Shown: positions 17,965-27,362 of the stretch, piece by piece
How positions within the stretch are numbered: position 1 is the stretch's first letter
Layout of the letters: each line of letters starts with the position of its first letter
IMG/VR virus record: IMGVR_UViG_3300021255_001592
DNA: 64,000 nt
Direction: 5' to 3' (one strand)
Source: an uncultured virus (IMG/VR IMGVR_UViG_3300021255_001592)
Lineage: Duplodnaviria; Heunggongvirae; Uroviricota; Caudoviricetes; Crassvirales
The notes under the pieces: model-generated
The model's input: only the letters and a program-made list of their open reading frames with translations
Told to the model about the DNA's origin: nothing
Databases searched by the model: none
Translations under genes and position numbers: made by a program

Positions 17965-18662
17965 CAACCACAACTGAATGGAGAACAGAATTTGACCTTC
18001 TCTATAATAATATCCTAAGTGACCAGGCTCCTGGTTTGAATGACTACGAAAGAAGCGTGGTCTTAACACAGGCTCAAGAGGAGATAGTCATAACTCTCTA
18101 TTCAGGAAGGAGACTTGAGCCCTTTGAGAGCACAGAGGAAGTCACTGAATATCTTTCTACTCTTGTCAAGCAAGCTACGCTTACTCAAGAGAAAGAAGTC
18201 ACTGAGAAGATACATCAAGACTCTCACTTCTATACTTTGCCTGATGACTTGTGGTTCAAAACCTTTGAGAAGGCTGTCATAAGAGACGACTCTTTAAACT
18301 GCAAAGGCTCAAAGGATAGGGAAGTCATAATAGTTCCAGTGACTCAAGATGAGTTTGACAAGACTGTTAATAACCCCTTCAAATGGCATAACAGTGGAAG
18401 GGTTCTATCTTTGACACCTTCAAGGTTTACCACAGAGCTCATAAGCAAATATAGTATTGTGAAGTATATAGTCAGATATCTTAGGAAACCTAATCCTATT
18501 ATATTAAGCGATTTATCTAATACAGGACTTTCAATTAACGGTAAGACAGCTGAAATGACATGCGAGCTTCATGAGGCTCTTCATAGAAGTATCTTAGAGA
18601 GAGCTGTTCAATTAGCTAGAGGTATATGGGAAAACACTGTGCAATCACAGTCAAGACAATAA
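17961..18662 (+). CDS. tail ring (tubular) protein
   Basis: EFDLLYNNILSDQAPGLNDYERSVVLTQAQEE and YLRKPNPIIL..CELHEALHRSILERAV motifs of crAss ring proteins. Confidence 0.8.
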   Translation: MTTTTEWRTEFDLLYNNILSDQAPGLNDYERSVVLTQAQEEIVITLYSGRRLEPFESTEEVTEYLSTLVKQATLTQEKEVTEKIHQDSHFYTLPDDLWFKTFEKAVIRDDSLNCKGSKDREVIIVPVTQDEFDKTVNNPFKWHNSGRVLSLTPSRFTTELISKYSIVKYIVRYLRKPNPIILSDLSNTGLSINGKTAEMTCELHEALHRSILERAVQLARGIWENTVQSQSRQ

Positions 18663-18679
18663 ATTAACTTTTTAGTAAT

Positions 18680-19714
18680 ATGGCAAATTTTAATGTAAAT
18701 CAAGTTAGGCATCTTTATGTTGCCAAGACTGCACCTCAGGAGATTGACACTGCCAGTATCGCTACTGATCTCGCAAATCCTGGAGATTTCGGGTATAGCA
18801 CACTGGACTCTGAGGGGAATTTCTATTTTGTCTCTCGTGGAGCTACAGGTGAGCTTGTCAGGTCTGACATGATTAATGCCAAGTCCATCAAGCATATCAC
18901 ATATTGTGACAAGACTAAGGATGTTTATGGCCTCAAGAGGACAAAGATTCAGATGCTTGGCACAACTAACAGTGGAAACCCTGTCGCTGGTGAGGACTAC
19001 ACAGTTGTTGTTAACTTTACCAACATCCTTGGTTTTGGTGTTGAGGATACAGCTGTTCTCACAGCTACAGCTCATGCTACAACTGGTATGACAGCTGCCC
19101 AGCTTCTTGGTGAGCTTGCTGTTGCTCTCTATCAGAACACTCTTAAGGGTGTCATCAAGATTTACTGTGGTGGAACAGAGCTCACTGATGCCGCTGTTAA
19201 GGCTCATGTTGCTGGTACAACCCCCATCACTGGTGCTTCAATTGAGATTGAGGAAGTTGAGCAGCCTTGGGTTCGTGGTGTCAAATCAGCCATTGTTTAT
19301 CCGTTCACAGTCACTTGCAAGTACATCACCAACAATAACGATGTTCTTCCTTGGGCTACTATTTCAGCTGTCACTCCTGTGACTACAATTAAGAACACCA
19401 AGAAGATCGCTGATCTTGAGTACTTCTGCATGGGTGAGAGGGGTGACTGGTATCGTAATGTGGGCTGGCCTCATGTTATTCCTACTCAGTATCTGGTTCC
19501 TGCGGATTCCACTGATGCTGCTGGATACAATGTCCTGACTATCCACTACAAGTATATTGGTGGTGGTGATGAGGCTGCTTCCAGGCTCTCTGTTAAAGAC
19601 ATTCAAATTGCTTCTACAGTAAGCCTTGAGGCTCTCAAGGGTATCATTGAGGGATATCAAAAGGAAGCTTTTGCAGGACCTTCTGAGACTACTGAAGAGC
19701 CTGCTGAGCCTTAA
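18680..19714 (+). CDS. auxiliary capsid protein (PhiCrAss001 gp36-like)
   Basis: NQVRHLYVAK, EEVEQPW, IADLEYFCMGERGD motifs; high-expression codon bias. Confidence 0.85.
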   Translation: MANFNVNQVRHLYVAKTAPQEIDTASIATDLANPGDFGYSTLDSEGNFYFVSRGATGELVRSDMINAKSIKHITYCDKTKDVYGLKRTKIQMLGTTNSGNPVAGEDYTVVVNFTNILGFGVEDTAVLTATAHATTGMTAAQLLGELAVALYQNTLKGVIKIYCGGTELTDAAVKAHVAGTTPITGASIEIEEVEQPWVRGVKSAIVYPFTVTCKYITNNNDVLPWATISAVTPVTTIKNTKKIADLEYFCMGERGDWYRNVGWPHVIPTQYLVPADSTDAAGYNVLTIHYKYIGGGDEAASRLSVKDIQIASTVSLEALKGIIEGYQKEAFAGPSETTEEPAEP

Positions 19715-19735
19715 TCTAAGTTTTTGAATCAATTT

Positions 19736-19768
19736 AAAGGTGGTAGGTAGGGTTATCTGCCACCTTTT
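19736..19768 (+). terminator. intrinsic terminator
   Basis: AAAGGTGGTAGGTAG-GG-TTATCTGCCACCTTT followed by T/A tract. Confidence 0.7.
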
Positions 19769-19786
19769 ATATTAAGTAGAGACACT

Positions 19787-20359
19787 ATGGTAAGATTTAA
19801 TGAACTGAAAATAAGCTACGACGGAAACTGCTTTACTGTGTATCTGTCAATAGATAGTGCCAGCTACTATGAGGAGAGATATATCACAAATGTTTATATA
19901 GACTCTGACTCAACATTTAATAATAGTGTGTCTCCGTCTGATAAGGCTATACATATTGAGATGCCTAATAGAGGAAGCAGAACCTTCAGGAAAGTGTTTT
20001 CACCAGATGAGCTTTCAAAAATCATCAACACAAAAAACTTTAAAAATCATATGCTTTATGTGTTTGTTGAGGTTGATGGTCCAATATTGGGCACAGCTCC
20101 ATGTGGTTCTGATTCCGATATATTCTTAGGTGTCGCTGTTGACTGGAACAGCTTATATCATGGTAGTATTCCATTCATGAAACAGATAACTAGGGATTGT
20201 TGCTCTATACCGAAAGAGTTTATAGACTACATCCTTAGAATGAAGTCATTGGAAATGGCACTAAAGACAGGGCATTACACTATTGCTAAGAACATATGGG
20301 ATAAATTCTTCAGCAAAAAGAAGAGGACTATATCATCTATTTGTGGTTGTAATAAGTAA
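19787..20359 (+). CDS. tail hub protein A-like
   Basis: MVRFNELKIS start, Cys motifs (PCG, DCCSIP, CGC terminus), synteny after auxiliary capsid gene. Confidence 0.65.
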   Translation: MVRFNELKISYDGNCFTVYLSIDSASYYEERYITNVYIDSDSTFNNSVSPSDKAIHIEMPNRGSRTFRKVFSPDELSKIINTKNFKNHMLYVFVEVDGPILGTAPCGSDSDIFLGVAVDWNSLYHGSIPFMKQITRDCCSIPKEFIDYILRMKSLEMALKTGHYTIAKNIWDKFFSKKKRTISSICGCNK

Positions 20360-20363
20360 GCCT

Positions 20364-20729
20364 ATGTATGACGATACAATGACAATAGAGGCGTATGAGG
20401 CTCTACAAAGTTACTTCTCTCATATTGGCAAGACAGGCTACATGAGGTATGACAATGTGTTTAAGCTGCTGGCTTTTCTTTACATTGAAGAGATGCTGCA
20501 CGCCTATAACTCATTTGACATGTCTGAATGTGACTATGTGATCATAGACAATTTCTTGCAATGCCTGTATGGAACATGTCTCCTTCCTTATCCAGAGCTT
20601 ATTAATCTTCCTCAGGTAGGTGGAGAAAATGAAGTAGATTTGCTAAGAGAGGTTGAATGGGATGTAATCAGGCAGACTGAAGACGGTTCACTTAGAGTAA
20701 TAGAGCCTAATACAGCATTAGCTAGGTAG
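20364..20729 (+). CDS. tail hub protein B-like
   Basis: YFSHIGKTGY...CLYGTCLLPYP; ATG at 20364 avoids the long overlap of the track call at 20283. Confidence 0.6.
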   Translation: MYDDTMTIEAYEALQSYFSHIGKTGYMRYDNVFKLLAFLYIEEMLHAYNSFDMSECDYVIIDNFLQCLYGTCLLPYPELINLPQVGGENEVDLLREVEWDVIRQTEDGSLRVIEPNTALAR

Positions 20730-20796
20730 TGAATAATTCTACTCACACACCGCATAACTAGATAGTTATAGCTCTTGTAATAAGAAATGTTTTACA

Positions 20797-20805
20797 TATC
20801 TTTGT
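20797..20805 (+). promoter_or_regulatory. Bacteroidota-type -7 promoter element TATCTTTGT
   Basis: TAnnTTTG match in intergenic gap before 20843. Confidence 0.6.
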
Positions 20806-20842
20806 TGCAAGGGCTTTATTTTTATAATATAACAATTGTATT

Positions 20843-21529
20843 ATGAGTACATATAGAGAGATAGTTTATATGGTTCTTGATGAGTTAAAGGAGCATTCAG
20901 ATGATGCTTACTACACTGAAGACCATATAATCTATTTGGTAAACAACATAAGAGCGGCTTTACTTGAAAAGAAGTATCCGACAAACAGAAAGGACATTTC
21001 TCCAGAGAATTACATGGAACTATGTGTAAATCTCGAAGAAGACGACCTTGTTGACGGATCTCCTTGTTCAGGCACAGTTCTCAGAAGCACTAAAAAGATT
21101 CCAGATATACTGAGAGTCGGGTATCCAAAAGTATATCCAATGGAATATTTTGTATCAGGGCATGTGTCTTGGATATCTATGGAAAGATTTAGATATGCTG
21201 CTGATGGAAACAAGTGGCTTGAGAATATGATATATGTGACAAGAGGAACAGACTCTCATTTGTACCTCAAGTCAAAGAATCCTCAATTCATCTATATGAA
21301 TAAAGCAAAAGTCTATGGAGTATTCGCTGACCCTAAAGAAGCTTATGAGTACTCTTGTAAAGATGATGCGGCATGTAATATTCTTGATAAGGAATTTCCA
21401 TTAGAGACTAATCTTATTCAACTGTGCATCCAGATGGTTGTATCAGAGCTTAGTGGGCAAAGATATGCTCCAGAAGATAAGTCTAATAATGCTGAAGATG
21501 ATTTAGCTAAAGTTCAAGTTAGGAAATAA
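20843..21529 (+). CDS. tail ring protein
   Basis: TYREIVYMVLDELK..SDD, LRSTKKIP, PEDKSNNAEDD motifs; synteny. Confidence 0.75.
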   Translation: MSTYREIVYMVLDELKEHSDDAYYTEDHIIYLVNNIRAALLEKKYPTNRKDISPENYMELCVNLEEDDLVDGSPCSGTVLRSTKKIPDILRVGYPKVYPMEYFVSGHVSWISMERFRYAADGNKWLENMIYVTRGTDSHLYLKSKNPQFIYMNKAKVYGVFADPKEAYEYSCKDDAACNILDKEFPLETNLIQLCIQMVVSELSGQRYAPEDKSNNAEDDLAKVQVRK

Positions 21530-21531
21530 GT

Positions 21532-22002
21532 ATGAAGGAAATAAAGTTTTACGATACCAGAGATATATATAGGATAGTAAGAGGATCTTCTCTTAGGGGT
21601 ATGGGAATCAAAGAGAAGGAGTTTTGTTCAGTAGTGAATGCTATAAATGAGAGAATAGCTGATGCCATATTATCTGGAGAACTCGTAAAGCTTCCTTGTT
21701 CAATGGGGACTCTTATTCCAATGGAGCAAGAGACTATGTATCTGAACAAACATGGAAAACTGGTTATAAACAGACCTACTGATTGGAAAGCGACTATAAA
21801 GCTTTGGGATGAGGATCCGCAAGCTAAGGCTGACAACATTAGAGTTAAGCACGATGTTGATAAGAGATTTAAAATAGTATATAGTAAGAAAGAGACAAGA
21901 TTCAGAAACCAGTACTATATAAGGTTTAAGCCTATTAAATCACTTAGGGAGAAGTTTATAAATAGGGCTGTAGATGGTGAAATTAGTTGTTATATAGATT
22001 AA
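21532..22002 (+). CDS. IHF/HU-like DNA-binding protein (crAss family)
   Basis: IADAILSGELVKLPCSMGTL...IRFKPIKSLRE HU/IHF-like pattern. Confidence 0.7.
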   Translation: MKEIKFYDTRDIYRIVRGSSLRGMGIKEKEFCSVVNAINERIADAILSGELVKLPCSMGTLIPMEQETMYLNKHGKLVINRPTDWKATIKLWDEDPQAKADNIRVKHDVDKRFKIVYSKKETRFRNQYYIRFKPIKSLREKFINRAVDGEISCYID

Positions 22003-22006
22003 AAAT

Positions 22007-22729
22007 ATGGCTGAGAAATATACAAACATAAGGATAATAATGGATAGGATAAGCAGACATCCTATGCTGAAAGATATCCCTTTTGAGACAATGGTAGACT
22101 ATACCGTTGATTTCATACAGATTGTTGGATGTCCAACAATGTTTGAGGAGAAAACAGCTGTTCTTCATATTGAGGATTACAGGGCGCCACTTCCCTGTGA
22201 CTATATCAATATGATACAGGTAAGGTGTCACCATCCCCATGGTCCATTAAGAGGAAAGCACTTGGCATACAGATACGCATCAGACAGCTTTCACATGTCT
22301 AAGGAACCAGGCAAGCCAATAGTAGGAGTGCATACGGACTTGACCTATAAGATTCAAGGATGTATGATTTATACATCCACAAGACATGGAGATATAGAGA
22401 TTTCTTATGAGGCAATAGCAACAGACGCTGAAGGGCTTCCTCTTGTTCCAGATAACCCAGTATTCTTCAAAGCTCTTGAGTCCTATATAAAGGTTCAGCA
22501 TTTCACCATTCTTTTTGATATGGGTAAAATACAGGGACCAGTACTTCAGAGAGCTTCTCAGGATTATGCTTGGGCTGTAGGACAATGTGAGAATGAGTTC
22601 CATAGGCTTTCTCTTGATAAGGCTGAGTCTTTCTTCAATTCTTGGAGAACTTTGCTTGAAAGAGATACAGAGCATAGGAGAGGATTCCTTAATGATGGAA
22701 TAAAGGAATATCTTAGAATCCAACCTTAA
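22007..22729 (+). CDS. tail ring/tubular protein (portal-adjacent)
   Basis: RHPMLKDI, YRAPLPCD, ATDAEGLPLVPDN motifs; precedes muzzle gene. Confidence 0.75.
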   Translation: MAEKYTNIRIIMDRISRHPMLKDIPFETMVDYTVDFIQIVGCPTMFEEKTAVLHIEDYRAPLPCDYINMIQVRCHHPHGPLRGKHLAYRYASDSFHMSKEPGKPIVGVHTDLTYKIQGCMIYTSTRHGDIEISYEAIATDAEGLPLVPDNPVFFKALESYIKVQHFTILFDMGKIQGPVLQRASQDYAWAVGQCENEFHRLSLDKAESFFNSWRTLLERDTEHRRGFLNDGIKEYLRIQP

Positions 22730-22739
22730 TTCTTAGGAT

Positions 22740-25700
22740 ATGCAAAACAAAGTCAGCATCAATACAAATATGGGAATGTCAAGGGACAGGTCTATCAGTA
22801 AACCTGATAATCAGCTTGCCTTTGAAAACCACAACATAAGAATAACAGCCAGAGATAAAGACACTCTTCTGTCAGTTACCAACGAGAGAGGTAATACGCC
22901 TATAGTATTCAGCTCTTCAAGTGATGCTCAAAGTAGTGACTATACAGGGCTATTCGCCACTGAAATAGTTGGGACACTGCTTGGATATGCTGTACTGAAC
23001 AATTACTTGGTGCTGTTTACCACCGCAGCAGGAACTGATTATATATATAGGATAGAGTATAAGAACGCACTTAATGAGTGGTATCTCAGATTGCTCTATA
23101 GAGGAAGCTTGGGATTCAGTGTCTACAATCCAATAGAAACCATATCTCTATTTGAGACTGAAGATGTGCAAAAAGTATATTGGGTTGATGGCAAAAATCA
23201 ACCAAGGGTAATCAATATAAAGAAGAGTTATTTCACTATTGTAAACTCTGAGCCTGTATTTTTTAAGAATACTATATTTGATTTTGTGACTGACTACAAT
23301 CACTCTGGATTTAATAAGTTGTCTGTCACTATTACCAAGCAGCAGCTTGGTATGGGCTCTTTTCCGGCTGGAACTATACAGTATCTATGTACATACTTCA
23401 ATAAGTATGGGCAAGAGACTAATCCTGTTTATATATCTCCTATTTACTACATATCTCCAGATGATAGAGGTGGAGATGCAGAGACCACATACACATGCTC
23501 CTTTAAAGTCTCCTTAAGCAACGCTGATTCTGACTTTGATTATGTTAGAATCTACGCTATTCTGAGAACATCTGAGTCAGGTACTCCTATATCTTATATA
23601 GCTGGAACAATAAACATCAAGACAGAGACTCTTTCAATCATTGATACTGGCCAAGGTGATAATGTGGTTATAGACCCCACTATTCTTCTTTATATTGGAG
23701 GTAGAGAAATATCAGCTGGAACATTCAGTCATAAAGACAATACTCTTTTCTTGGGCGACATTCAATTCACTGGATCTAAGAACGATGTTCAGATTGAAAG
23801 AGCCATTAGTGAGAGTTTCATGTTTGATACTGAAACATATATAAGTAACAATGTTTCTTTCTTTCTCTCTAACAGCACATCATTAAATGCTCCTTACTAT
23901 AGCAATGATGGTCTGTATCCTTATGAGAGCCAGCTCAACAGCTCTTCTGACAAGATAACAGGATTCAAAGGAGGAGAGAAATACAGATTCGCTATTCAGT
24001 TTGTGACAGCTACTGGGCAAAAGAGTAGGGCTTTCTTTATTGGAGATGCGGAAAATCCATATTATCCAATGATTGATACTACCACAAACACCATTAAAAG
24101 GCCACTACCAAGAGTTAACTTGCCAGACAGAGTAGTTTCAAGTGCTACAGAAGCTGGGTATGTTGAGGTTATATTACTTATGGCTGAAGCCTCTGATGGA
24201 GACAGGTCTGTTGTTGCTCAGGGTATTATAAGTCCAACTGTATTCAATCTTGGTCAAAGAAGCAGTAATGCTCCATTTGCAATTTCTTCTTGGTACATGA
24301 GGCCAAGAAATTCAATGATAAACAGCAGACACCTTGAATCAGTTAATAATGTTACTGGAGTTTCTAAAGAAGATGGAAAGATAGTTAAAGCTAACATGTC
24401 TTTCTGTGAAATTCAAAATATAGAGCCTGAGATATCTGCATACTATAATGAAGACAGTTTCAAAACACAGTTGGTTGCCATAGCATTCAGATTTATCTCT
24501 GAGTGTGTTGATCCTGGTAGAGTCTCTGTTGGAAATCTTACAGGAAGGATGAGATATAACCATGCACTGTATGCAGCATATAAATTCAGTGATGGGTCTT
24601 CATCAACTTGGAGAATCAAAAATAATCCAGAATCTGCAATAGCTACTGGTTTCAATGAAAGCAATATAGAAACAATAGTAAATGACAGATTTAAGGTTGG
24701 AAGTAAAAGTAGTAATGATGGTTTTTCCCATAGAACAGATAGAGTTTCTGTAGTTCAAGGATGGTTTAGATCTGCTGAAATACCTGAAGATTATTGGCCT
24801 GACCCTGATACAGAAATAGTACATCAGAGAAAAAATGAAGTTGTTAAGACTGGAGGAGTATTTACTGTTGGAATATCAGATTCTTCTTCACGAGCATACT
24901 ACTCAAGATTGAATAGTGAACAGTTCTTTGTTGATGAGAACATTATAACTTTTAATACTCCAGATATAGATAAATTACAATCTACATCTTGGTCCGGTCT
25001 TAAATTTAGAATAGTTGGAATTGCTGAAGTAACTTCAAATATTACAGACTATACAGTTCAAACTACTACTGGACTAAGTACTTCTGCTGGAATATACAGA
25101 ATTGATTTGAACCATACTGATTCCCAGAATATAGAAGGACTAATGTCATATCCTCTACTATATGATAGTAGTATAGAGTATGATATCGAAAATGAAAAAT
25201 ATAAGGAAGATTCAAATTCAAGGACATATCCAAGATATTTCAATATTTTTCCATTCCACAAAGAAGGGTCTATAACACATAATGAGAAAATAACTACCAA
25301 GTATTCAGAAATAGAAAAGAAGGTTTTCTCAAATCTAAGATATTGCTATAACACAAAATTCCTTTGGACTGGAAATGGTGCTTGGAGACCATCATCATCT
25401 ATTGCTATGACTACTACAAGTGGAAGTCAAAGCAATCAGTTTAAGCAAATAAATTCTGAAGGTAGGAACTATATATACCAAGGTACGTATGACTACATGT
25501 CTACTACTGGAAATAAGCCATTTGGAATATATGCTTATGATGGAGATAATGGACTTGAGGAACAAGTAGTAAAAGGCTCAGCAAGTGATTATGTAATAGG
25601 ATCCACTGAGCCAGTAAGAATACAATTCCAAAGTCTGCCACATGTGGTTATAAAGTTTGGAAAGACACAAGGCAAGAATGAGCTTCTTCCATTACTCAAT

Positions 25701-27302
25701 GACGAATATCCTTTCTCAAAACCAGAGGATATGTATCTCCCTTGGGAAGATGCTGCAGAAACCTATCAGGCAAAACTAGAGTATTCTACTTCTCTGCCTT
25801 ACTATTTTATAGGAGAGCTGTACAAAGATATGTCTATAAGTGATGATAGATATGGTGGAAATACACAAGCTGCTCTTGAAAACAATAGATTTATTCCTAT
25901 TAGTGAGAGATATAGTTTGAATAACAGTTCTGTTTCACTTATTGGTACTCAAGGAGATACTTATTTCCAAAGATGGGACTGCCTTAAGACTGAGCCTTAT
26001 TCCAATGAAAGTAAAAATGGAATAGTTGACATCACTTCCTTTATGGTTGAAACTCATACAAATATAGAAGGAAGATATGATGCCAGAAGAGGTCTTCTTA
26101 AGAATGTAACTACAAGTAGAGAGAATAGTAATCTCATTAATAGAGTCTATTCAAATACCAATAACTTCTTTACTTCTTCTGTTCTTAGTGACAAGTACTA
26201 TCTTTCTGATTTTCCTAATCAGATTACATGGACAAAAACAAAGACTTTGGCAGAAGATATAGACACATGGACCAATATCACTGTGGCTAATACCCTTGAT
26301 TTGGATGGAGACAAAGGACCTGTAAGGGCTATAAGAAGGTTCAATAACTCATTGATAGCTTTTCAGGACAAAGGGATAGCGGAGATTCTGTTTAACTCAA
26401 GAACTCAGATAGCTACAACATCTGGTACTCCCATAGAAATAGGAAATAGTGGTAAAGTAGATGGGAAGAGATATATATCAGAGAAGTCTGGATGCCTTAA
26501 CAAGTGGTCTATAGTAGAAGCTAAAACAGGAATTTATTTCATAGACAACCTGAATAAGAATATCAGTGTTATTGGACAAGGCCTGCAAGATATCTCAGGA
26601 TCTAAAGGATTCAGTTCTTGGATTAGATCTTATAATTCATTAGTTCCTTGGAATCCTAGAGATAGGGATAACTTCGCCTCATTTTATGATTCTGTACACA
26701 ATGATGTATACTTTGTGACAAAACACGAAGACAGATATAATGATGACAGCTGCCTTGTATTTAATGAGACTCTAGGGCAGTTTACATCCTTCTTTGATTA
26801 TGATGATTTGCCAATGATGGTTAACTTACGAGATAAATATATATCATTTAAGGATAACAAGCTTTGGCTTCAAAATGAAGGAGAGTACAACAAGTTATTC
26901 AATAACCATTATCCATATTGGATTAAGTACAGAATATGCCCTGACCCTTATGGAGATAAGACCTTTAATAATATAGAATACAGAGCTGATATAATAACTC
27001 CATCTGATGACAGTGATGTTGTAGAGCAAGTTGATAATCTCACTGATAAAACATTTGATAACCTTAAGATATGGAATGAATATCAGGAAGGATCTCTTGA
27101 TTTGAATTATGACTCTGTCAGGGTATCTGACCTTAAAAAGAAATTCAGGATTTGGAGAGCCAATATTCCTAGGGACTCTAAAGATCCTAGAGGTCTTAAT
27201 AGAATAAGGAATCCATGGATATATCTACAACTGTCAAAGTATAAGGAACTTGACAATGAACGTATGGAATTCCATGACTTGCTAGTTAAGTATTATGAAT
27301 AA
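22740..27302 (+). CDS. tail muzzle/stabilisation protein
   Basis: GMSRDRSISK, NIRITARDKDTLLSVTNERGN, YWVDGKNQPRVINI, GDTYFQRWDCLKT, KKFRIWRANIPRD..RIRNPW motifs. Confidence 0.85.
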   Translation: MQNKVSINTNMGMSRDRSISKPDNQLAFENHNIRITARDKDTLLSVTNERGNTPIVFSSSSDAQSSDYTGLFATEIVGTLLGYAVLNNYLVLFTTAAGTDYIYRIEYKNALNEWYLRLLYRGSLGFSVYNPIETISLFETEDVQKVYWVDGKNQPRVINIKKSYFTIVNSEPVFFKNTIFDFVTDYNHSGFNKLSVTITKQQLGMGSFPAGTIQYLCTYFNKYGQETNPVYISPIYYISPDDRGGDAETTYTCSFKVSLSNADSDFDYVRIYAILRTSESGTPISYIAGTINIKTETLSIIDTGQGDNVVIDPTILLYIGGREISAGTFSHKDNTLFLGDIQFTGSKNDVQIERAISESFMFDTETYISNNVSFFLSNSTSLNAPYYSNDGLYPYESQLNSSSDKITGFKGGEKYRFAIQFVTATGQKSRAFFIGDAENPYYPMIDTTTNTIKRPLPRVNLPDRVVSSATEAGYVEVILLMAEASDGDRSVVAQGIISPTVFNLGQRSSNAPFAISSWYMRPRNSMINSRHLESVNNVTGVSKEDGKIVKANMSFCEIQNIEPEISAYYNEDSFKTQLVAIAFRFISECVDPGRVSVGNLTGRMRYNHALYAAYKFSDGSSSTWRIKNNPESAIATGFNESNIETIVNDRFKVGSKSSNDGFSHRTDRVSVVQGWFRSAEIPEDYWPDPDTEIVHQRKNEVVKTGGVFTVGISDSSSRAYYSRLNSEQFFVDENIITFNTPDIDKLQSTSWSGLKFRIVGIAEVTSNITDYTVQTTTGLSTSAGIYRIDLNHTDSQNIEGLMSYPLLYDSSIEYDIENEKYKEDSNSRTYPRYFNIFPFHKEGSITHNEKITTKYSEIEKKVFSNLRYCYNTKFLWTGNGAWRPSSSIAMTTTSGSQSNQFKQINSEGRNYIYQGTYDYMSTTGNKPFGIYAYDGDNGLEEQVVKGSASDYVIGSTEPVRIQFQSLPHVVIKFGKTQGKNELLPLLNDEYPFSKPEDMYLPWEDAAETYQAKLEYSTSLPYYFIGELYKDMSISDDRYGGNTQAALENNRFIPISERYSLNNSSVSLIGTQGDTYFQRWDCLKTEPYSNESKNGIVDITSFMVETHTNIEGRYDARRGLLKNVTTSRENSNLINRVYSNTNNFFTSSVLSDKYYLSDFPNQITWTKTKTLAEDIDTWTNITVANTLDLDGDKGPVRAIRRFNNSLIAFQDKGIAEILFNSRTQIATTSGTPIEIGNSGKVDGKRYISEKSGCLNKWSIVEAKTGIYFIDNLNKNISVIGQGLQDISGSKGFSSWIRSYNSLVPWNPRDRDNFASFYDSVHNDVYFVTKHEDRYNDDSCLVFNETLGQFTSFFDYDDLPMMVNLRDKYISFKDNKLWLQNEGEYNKLFNNHYPYWIKYRICPDPYGDKTFNNIEYRADIITPSDDSDVVEQVDNLTDKTFDNLKIWNEYQEGSLDLNYDSVRVSDLKKKFRIWRANIPRDSKDPRGLNRIRNPWIYLQLSKYKELDNERMEFHDLLVKYYE

Positions 27303-27337
27303 TATACTTATATATACCAAGGACTGATTTTAATGCT

Positions 27338-27346
27338 TATATTTGT
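27338..27346 (+). promoter_or_regulatory. Bacteroidota-type -7 promoter element TATATTTGT
   Basis: TAnnTTTG match before ATG 27363. Confidence 0.6.
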
Positions 27347-27362
27347 ATAAATATAACTTATT

